DNA of 64,000 nucleotides from Candidatus Poseidoniaceae archaeon (GTDB taxonomy: Archaea > Thermoplasmatota > Poseidoniia > Poseidoniales > Poseidoniaceae): contig CALSPS010000006.1 in NCBI GenBank assembly GCA_943788295.1, positions 26,192-90,191 of the forward strand, given 5' to 3'. The notes under the pieces were generated by a model. The model did no database searches, was not told the DNA's origin, and saw nothing but the letters and a program-made list of their open reading frames with translations. Position 1 is the stretch's first letter. Each line of letters begins with the position of its first letter. A program made the position numbers and the translations under genes. Positions 57,823-64,000 of this stretch are shown piece by piece.

Positions 57823-57858
57823 GCCAAGAACCATTAGGGTCGTGGCTAGACAACGACC

Positions 57859-58221
57859 ATGGCCGATACCGATCGCCTCGCTCAAACGAACCGTGTGCTT
57901 GAATCATTCATCCAAGAACGGGATTGGGAACAATTTCACACCATCAAAAACATCATTGCCTCGATTGGAATTGAAGCGGCAGAGTTGGCCGAAACTGTTC
58001 AATGGTCGAACCCATCGGTTGATGATGCTAAGAATGATCCAAATCTAATGCAAAACCTTTCTCATGAGTTGGCCGATGTGATGTTGTATTGCCTCCGATT
58101 GTCCAGTATTTTAGGCCTCGACCCGATTGAATTAATGAATAAAAAAATCATCCTCAATGCAGAAAAATATCCCGCAGATTTGGTCCGTGGTTCATCTGCA
58201 AAATACACGGAATACGTCTGA
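57859..58221 (+). CDS. MazG-like nucleotide pyrophosphohydrolase (dCTPP1-like)
   Basis: [26 protein letters not shown]...NAEKYP. Confidence 0.92.
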   Translation: MADTDRLAQTNRVLESFIQERDWEQFHTIKNIIASIGIEAAELAETVQWSNPSVDDAKNDPNLMQNLSHELADVMLYCLRLSSILGLDPIELMNKKIILNAEKYPADLVRGSSAKYTEYV

Positions 58222-58277
58222 AATGTTTTGAAAGTTCAGGCGCATACTTGATGGGGTGGGTCCAACAACCGACCTTC

Positions 58278-58940
58278 ATGGAGTTCTTTTTGGACACAGC
58301 CGACGTAGATGAAATTCGTGAAATTGCAGCTTGGGGCATCTTAGATGGTGTGACCACAAACCCTTCATTGATTAAGAAAAGTGGTCGAGATTTTAAGCAA
58401 GTCGTTGCAGAAATTGCCTCCATTTGTGACGGCCCAATCTCGGCAGAAGTCACGGCAATGGACACCGAAGGAATGGTCGCTCAGGGCATGGCGCTCAAGG
58501 ATGAGTTGCCAGAAAATGTCATTATCAAAATTCCATGCACTCCAGAAGGGTTGGCTGCGACTAAAATTCTCACAGAAGCGAACATCAAAACGAACGTCAC
58601 CCTAATTTTCTCAGCATCTCAAGCCTTGATGGCGGCGAAAGCAGGGGCAACCTATGTTTCGCCATTCATTGGTCGAATTGACGATACGGGACATGATGGA
58701 ATGAACCTGATTGCGGAGATTATGGAAACTTGGAACAATTATCCCACGATCACCACCAAAGTTCTTGCAGCATCCATCAGGCACCCGACACATGTGCTCC
58801 AGTGCATTCAATTGGGCGCTCATACCGCAACAATGCCAGCAAAGACCTTCCGTCAACTCATGACTCATCCCTTAACCGACAAAGGCCTTGAAGGATTCAT
58901 GCGAGATTGGGCTGAAGTCGAAAAGGCTGGAAACGCTTGA
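58278..58940 (+). CDS. tal: Transaldolase (FSA/TalC family)
   Basis: [48 protein letters not shown]. Confidence 0.95.
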   Translation: MEFFLDTADVDEIREIAAWGILDGVTTNPSLIKKSGRDFKQVVAEIASICDGPISAEVTAMDTEGMVAQGMALKDELPENVIIKIPCTPEGLAATKILTEANIKTNVTLIFSASQALMAAKAGATYVSPFIGRIDDTGHDGMNLIAEIMETWNNYPTITTKVLAASIRHPTHVLQCIQLGAHTATMPAKTFRQLMTHPLTDKGLEGFMRDWAEVEKAGNA

Positions 58941-59020
58941 TACCGAACAAATCGAAGCGTTGTTGGAAAAGGAGGATTCTTCAATGAAGTCCTCCCCGCT
59001 TGGTGTATAGGGGGTTTACC

Positions 59021-59596
59021 ATGAGTTCATCAAGAGACCGGCTTCAGCAGTTGTTGGATGGAGACCTTTCCCCTGAGGACATCGCTGAAGACCCTGCGCT
59101 TGTCAGTCTTGCTGACCGTCTCTACGGAATCAAAATCGCACCCGCTCGGCCTAAGAAGGCAAGGGACATGGTCGACAACCCGGTTGCCGATGTGACAGAA
59201 GTGGCACCGCCCACAGACATGTTGATTGAGGTCATTGGCGATATTGGCACTGCAGCACCACTTCCTGATCTTCCGGCAGGTGGTCTTCCAGCAATCGCAC
59301 CGATTCCTGGCGCCAAGGGAAAGATGAATCCCCTCGTCTACGGTCTTGGGGCTGGGCTAGCATTCGTCGTTGCGAACCTCTTTGGCTTGTTCCAATCTGT
59401 GCTTGGCAACAACTGTCAAGCAAGTGACCTTTGCCCTGCCGACGGTTATACGCGAATGAATTTACTTGATCTTCACAACCTTGACACAGGCATGGGTTGG
59501 TCCCTTCCTTTGCAAGAAGGTGCTTACGGTATCCCTGACGTGGTCGCTGTGCTCGTGCTCACAATCAGCATTGTTGTGCTCATGCGTCGATCGTGA
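59021..59596 (+). CDS. Hypothetical membrane protein
   Basis: Two TMs flanking a Cys-containing loop (CQASDLCP). Confidence 0.7.
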   Translation: MSSSRDRLQQLLDGDLSPEDIAEDPALVSLADRLYGIKIAPARPKKARDMVDNPVADVTEVAPPTDMLIEVIGDIGTAAPLPDLPAGGLPAIAPIPGAKGKMNPLVYGLGAGLAFVVANLFGLFQSVLGNNCQASDLCPADGYTRMNLLDLHNLDTGMGWSLPLQEGAYGIPDVVAVLVLTISIVVLMRRS

Positions 59597-59841
59597 TTTT
59601 AATGATGCTAGAAACGGCAACGGAGGTCCTTTCCTACATAGGAATGATGGCAATTCTTGCCGCATTTGTTCTTGAAACTCGAAATGTGCTTCACAGTAAA
59701 CAGACCAGTTATTTGGCCCTCATGGCTGTTGGTTCAGCCCTTCTTGGCATCCGGGCTTTTCTCATAGAAGAATGGGCCTTTTTGATCTTGGAAGCGGCAT
59801 GGTGCTTTGCTGCAGTGTGGGCCTACATCCAAACCCGATAA
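59593..59841 (+). CDS. Small CBU_0592-like membrane protein
   Basis: G...ILAAF, Y..L..VGS.LL, F.ILE..W; three TMs. Confidence 0.75.
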   Translation: MILMMLETATEVLSYIGMMAILAAFVLETRNVLHSKQTSYLALMAVGSALLGIRAFLIEEWAFLILEAAWCFAAVWAYIQTR

Positions 59842-59903
59842 CCCAGTGCATCGAGCAAAGAAGAAGCGTCATCTTGATGAGCAAGAGATTGCCGAGAGCA
59901 ATC

Positions 59904-61433
59904 ATGAGCCAAGGACCGGGTAAGGCCAAGCGAGGCATTCCTTCGAAAGAAGAGAACTTCAACGAATGGTACCCTTTCATTGTTGAAGCGGCGGAATTGG
60001 TTGACAAACGCTATCCAATCAAGGGCATGGATGTGTGGCGACCCTATGGTTGGAAAACCATGAAGCTCATCGACGCGTTGACTCATCGAGAGATGGAGCG
60101 AACCGACCATGAAGAAGTCAATTTCCCACTCCTCATCCCAGAGAACCTCCTTGATCGTGAAAACGCTCTCGTAGCCCGGTTGAAGCGCGCAAGAGAGGAG
60201 GGTGTCGACCCTGATGACCTTCGCGATGAAGAGGAAGAAGGCGGCTTCAAAAAAGAAGTTTATTGGGTCAAACACGCTGGTGAAAATGAACTTGACATTC
60301 CGATGTTTTTGCGACCAACCTCCGAAACGGCAATGTACACTATGTTCCCACTTTGGATTCGTTCTCACAAGGATTTACCGCTGAAAGTTTACCAAATGGT
60401 CAACACCTTCCGATATGAAACTAAACAGACGAGGTCGTTTATTCGGGTGAGGGAAATTCACTTTTTCGAAGCGCATACCGCCCACGCAGACGAAGCCGAC
60501 GCAACACGGCAAATCGAACAGGATTTGGAAATCGTTGACACCATCATGCATGACCTATGCCTTCCGGTGATCAAGGCAAAGCGTCCTCTTTGGGATACAT
60601 TCCCTGGCGCATGGTACACAATCGGTATCGACGCAGTGATGCCAAATGGACGAACCCTCCAAGTGGCATCATGCCACCATTACCAAGACCAGTGGGCGAA
60701 AGCATTCGATTTAACATACGAAAACCTCGATGCTCAACAGCAACATTGCCATCAAACGACTTACGGCATGTCGGAACGCTTGTTGGGTGCAGTGGTTGGT
60801 ATGCATGGAGATGAAAACGGACTCATCATGCCACCCGCGGTAGCACCATTCCAAGTGGTCGTCTGTCCAATGATCAAGAAGAATTCAGAAGTCGACACGG
60901 TGGCTGCCGCTGATGAATTAGCGGCCAAGTTGCGCCGTCATGGTCTGCGGGTCAAGGTTGATTCACGCGACATTCGTGCAGGCCAGAAGTACTACGATTG
61001 GGAAATCAAAGGCGTGCCGCTTCGCCTCGACTTAGGCCCACGGGATCTCGCTCAAGGAACAGCCTATGCAGCCCGAAGAACAGGGGGCAAAGAGCCAATT
61101 CCTCTTGATGGAATAGAAGAAGCATGCCTGTCAATCCTCGAAGAAATTTCAGAGGAGTTGCGCCGTCGGTCACACGCCCACATGAACGATGTTGTCCAAC
61201 CGTTGCCCGCAATCAATTTGGTCGATGGTGCCTATGTTCTTGAAGGCGAAGTCAAAGACGGCCACATTTACGAATTGCCATTCGATGGCACAGATGCTCA
61301 CGCTGAAACAATTGAACGATTAACCGGCTTTGCATTTTTAGGTGATTCCACCGATGAGTACGAATCAGTGCGTCCGTGTCACATGAGTGGAACGCCTACA
61401 CGCCGTCGAGTTCTCTTAGCCAAAACGTATTGA
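59904..61433 (+). CDS. proS: Prolyl-tRNA synthetase (archaeal/eukaryotic type)
   Basis: FNEWY, LRPTSET, QMVNTFRYETK.TR.FIRVREI..F.EAHT, QTTYGMSER, WEIKGVP.R, C-terminal AKTY. Confidence 0.97.
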   Translation: MSQGPGKAKRGIPSKEENFNEWYPFIVEAAELVDKRYPIKGMDVWRPYGWKTMKLIDALTHREMERTDHEEVNFPLLIPENLLDRENALVARLKRAREEGVDPDDLRDEEEEGGFKKEVYWVKHAGENELDIPMFLRPTSETAMYTMFPLWIRSHKDLPLKVYQMVNTFRYETKQTRSFIRVREIHFFEAHTAHADEADATRQIEQDLEIVDTIMHDLCLPVIKAKRPLWDTFPGAWYTIGIDAVMPNGRTLQVASCHHYQDQWAKAFDLTYENLDAQQQHCHQTTYGMSERLLGAVVGMHGDENGLIMPPAVAPFQVVVCPMIKKNSEVDTVAAADELAAKLRRHGLRVKVDSRDIRAGQKYYDWEIKGVPLRLDLGPRDLAQGTAYAARRTGGKEPIPLDGIEEACLSILEEISEELRRRSHAHMNDVVQPLPAINLVDGAYVLEGEVKDGHIYELPFDGTDAHAETIERLTGFAFLGDSTDEYESVRPCHMSGTPTRRRVLLAKTY

Positions 61434-61490
61434 GGAGCCATAGAAGTTCGAGTTTACGTCATCTCTGTTTTGCTGGGATATGAGGTGGTA

Positions 61491-62840
61491 TCATTCGGTC
61501 CATGTGCCGTGGAAATCTTCGGCATTGTCCACCCTGATGAAAAGATCCAGAGAACTCCATACAAGGCTGTTAAAACCGCTTTCCATGCCTTCTTGACCAC
61601 CAGCTTTAGCCGTCATAAATTCGAATGTGTCTGATGGAGAATGCCATTCCTGCCAGAACGAAATGTCGCCACCGGGGCTAAAGAAATTGAATGTTGGATA
61701 CCCTTCTGAGAAGAACGCACAATGATCAGATGCACACGATTCAGAAATCTGCCAAGTGATCGGATTAGCGTCGGTTGGCTGATAGGACAAATCATCATCA
61801 ATCGTGGTGCCAACCCAATCATACATTCGTTCCATGTTGGATTGATTTGCACCAGCGATGCTGATGGTCCAGTCGTATTTTGTTGCCGAAAAAAGTTCTC
61901 CGCCAGGGCCGATAATTGGTTCCGATAGAGGTACAATCGGATAGTTGAGCGAGACCATGTCGAAGTTCATGTAAGCGCGAACTGATACATTTTCAGGAAG
62001 GTGTTCAACGTAAGCAAGGGAACCGAGGAGACCTTCTTCTTCGCACGCCCATAGACCTGCCACCACGGTATGATCAAATTCCATCTGTGCAAGGGCTTGG
62101 GCCATCTCCAACGAAACGGTCGAACCTGATGTGTCGTCGTTGGCCCCTTCGTTCGTACCGCCACCAGGTGGGGTAAACATGTAGGCGATGTCGAAATGCC
62201 CTCCTATTACGATGTATTCGTCAGGGGTGACTCGGCCCCAATTATAGCCAACAACATTGAGTTGGTCGGGATCATCATCATAGCGAGTGACTTCAACAAA
62301 ATCAAAGCCCATCAATCGCATTTCTTCGGCCATTGCTTCTGCAGCTGCTTCGTACGCTGCACCACCCTCGTGAACTGAGGCTGAAGCGCACCAACGGTTG
62401 TTGTAGGAGTTCGTCAGCATGTCGATGGTTTCGAAGGCACGCCTACCATCGACGAGCATGAGTTCAGAACTTTCCTCTAATTGGACCGTATGATTGGCAA
62501 CCAAGGAATCAGCTGTCACGTTGAATCCAATGAATGTCCGTTCCGTGTCCAAGATAAGAACATCAACGGTTTGGACATCTGCATCAAAGTCCATGATGAC
62601 ATCGTCTCTGTACACACCATATTCGTCCATGAAGAAGGCTCCAGGGGTTCGTTCAATGGTGTAATCAATGTTCGATTCAACGTGAAGTGTGTACACTTGC
62701 CCCCTGGGTGCAGTGGCTGCATTCAATGATTCATCGAGGAAAAGGATACTCGATTCCTTCACTTCTGTTTCACCGTAACAGCCAGACATGACCATGCTGA
62801 TCATGAGGAGGCTTAACAGCACTGATCGGAGAGGGTTCAT
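61491..62840 (-). CDS. M28-family metallopeptidase, probable lipoprotein
   Basis: Lipobox MVMSGC; GGHFD, GANDDTSG, EEEGLLGS, NFDM, SDH, WH...D. Confidence 0.9.
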   Translation of the reverse strand: MNPLRSVLLSLLMISMVMSGCYGETEVKESSILFLDESLNAATAPRGQVYTLHVESNIDYTIERTPGAFFMDEYGVYRDDVIMDFDADVQTVDVLILDTERTFIGFNVTADSLVANHTVQLEESSELMLVDGRRAFETIDMLTNSYNNRWCASASVHEGGAAYEAAAEAMAEEMRLMGFDFVEVTRYDDDPDQLNVVGYNWGRVTPDEYIVIGGHFDIAYMFTPPGGGTNEGANDDTSGSTVSLEMAQALAQMEFDHTVVAGLWACEEEGLLGSLAYVEHLPENVSVRAYMNFDMVSLNYPIVPLSEPIIGPGGELFSATKYDWTISIAGANQSNMERMYDWVGTTIDDDLSYQPTDANPITWQISESCASDHCAFFSEGYPTFNFFSPGGDISFWQEWHSPSDTFEFMTAKAGGQEGMESGFNSLVWSSLDLFIRVDNAEDFHGTWTE

Positions 62841-62892
62841 GGTGAATGCTCAGGGTGTCCCTATATGAATTGACGGAAGTTGAGTCTCGCCA

Positions 62893-63999
62893 TCACATAC
62901 CAAAGGAAGATGGGTCCAAATCCATGTCTCCATCCTTCATCATCTTCCGCATTTGTTTGTTGAGTTTGCGGTTTCCGCCCATGCCTTTCATCATCTTGCG
63001 GGAACGGTTCCATTGGGCGATAAGTTCTCGCACGTCCTTTTCTCGAACCCCAGCGCCACGAGCAACACGGCGGATCCTGTCAGCCTTGATTTTGGCTGGT
63101 TCGTTCTTTTCCCATGCCGTCATGCTGTCCATGATGGTGCGATATCGATCAAGGTTGCCTTGCATGGCTTCCTTTTGCCCCTTTGACATGGCACCCATTC
63201 CACCAAGCATGTTGCCTGGCAAAAAAGACATCAGTTTGTCAATCGTTCCAACCTTAGACATCATTTCCATTTGTTTGTACATGTCGTTGAGGGTGAATCG
63301 TCCACTCATCAGGCGCTGAGTCAACCGCATGGCTTCTTCTTCGTCCATGTCCTCAGGAGCCAAATCGATGAGGCCCTGAATATCGCCCATACCAAGAAGA
63401 CGTGAAATGAACCGATCGGATTCAAACTTCTCCAAATCCCCGATGTTTTCTCCAACACCAATGTGGACGATTGGGGCACCGGTTGCAGCCACAGCAGAAA
63501 GAGCGCCACCGCCGCGTGCCGTTCCGTCCAATTTGGTGATGACAATGCCAGTGACACCCGCAAGTGTATGGAAGGATGCAGCAACGGGACCCGCTGCCTG
63601 TCCTACTTGTGCATCGATGACGAGCCACCGCTCGTTGGCGCGCGTCAGGCCAGAAATTTGTTCTAATTCATCAACCAATTCCTGATCGAGTTGATGCCGT
63701 CCAGCAGTGTCGACGATCACAAGATCTGCAGCAGCACATGCTTTCAAACCGTTTCTGACAATGGTTGGCGCATCCTTTGTTTCAGGTTCGCCGTAGACTT
63801 GCACGGTTGAATCTTCCAAAAGTTGCGAGAGTTGGGCATAGGCACCAGGTCGATGCACGTCAGCCTCGATGACCGCCACGCGAAGACCATGCTTCCGGCG
63901 GTACCATTCTGCCAATTTAGCGGTCGTGGTTGTTTTTCCCTGTCCGTACAGACCAACCAACAGAAGGGTTGCTCCATGAGGTTGGAATTCATGGGCAGG
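62893..63999 (-). CDS. ffh: Signal recognition particle protein SRP54 (5' end outside window)
   Basis: GLYGQGKTTT, D.HRPGA, DTAGR, TKLDGTARGGG, SRLLGMGD, Met-rich M domain. Confidence 0.96.
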   Translation of the reverse strand, partial: PAHEFQPHGATLLLVGLYGQGKTTTTAKLAEWYRRKHGLRVAVIEADVHRPGAYAQLSQLLEDSTVQVYGEPETKDAPTIVRNGLKACAAADLVIVDTAGRHQLDQELVDELEQISGLTRANERWLVIDAQVGQAAGPVAASFHTLAGVTGIVITKLDGTARGGGALSAVAATGAPIVHIGVGENIGDLEKFESDRFISRLLGMGDIQGLIDLAPEDMDEEEAMRLTQRLMSGRFTLNDMYKQMEMMSKVGTIDKLMSFLPGNMLGGMGAMSKGQKEAMQGNLDRYRTIMDSMTAWEKNEPAKIKADRIRRVARGAGVREKDVRELIAQWNRSRKMMKGMGGNRKLNKQMRKMMKDGDMDLDPSSFGM

Positions 64000-64000
64000 A

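Overview
Gene-dense (~48% GC by eye) archaeal chromosome segment. Its gene content and protein style fit Marine Group II Thermoplasmatota (Ca. Poseidoniales): S19e/L39e/L31e/S17e, Kae1, PAN, aMBF1, Tsr3, PriS, archaeal ProRS/MetRS, SRP54, and a large CARDB/NEW3 surface protein ending in PPLP..GLP.GW..EQW..YG. Metabolic blocks are a preQ0 operon (RHH-folE-queE-queC::msrB-queD), histidine utilisation (hutH, hutU, hutI, split FTCD), futalosine menaquinone genes (mqnA/D/E), methylmalonyl-CoA mutase/epimerase, transketolase/transaldolase, YdeP/FdhD and several transporters. One tRNA-Val(GAC) is present; I found no CRISPR array, rRNA or transposase. Most notable: (1) a half-length, strongly eukaryote-like deoxyhypusine hydroxylase (DOHH) gene; (2) a QueC lacking its Zn-binding cysteines fused in frame to a complete MsrB, in an operon headed by an RHH gene missing from the ORF track, with a palindromic operator; (3) a dif-like 11-6-11 recombination site beside a small Zn-ribbon gene and the tRNA; (4) a membrane protein with Zn ribbons and four EF-hands facing a frameshifted DUF835 gene. 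All assignments come from motif recognition by eye; no database searches were run.
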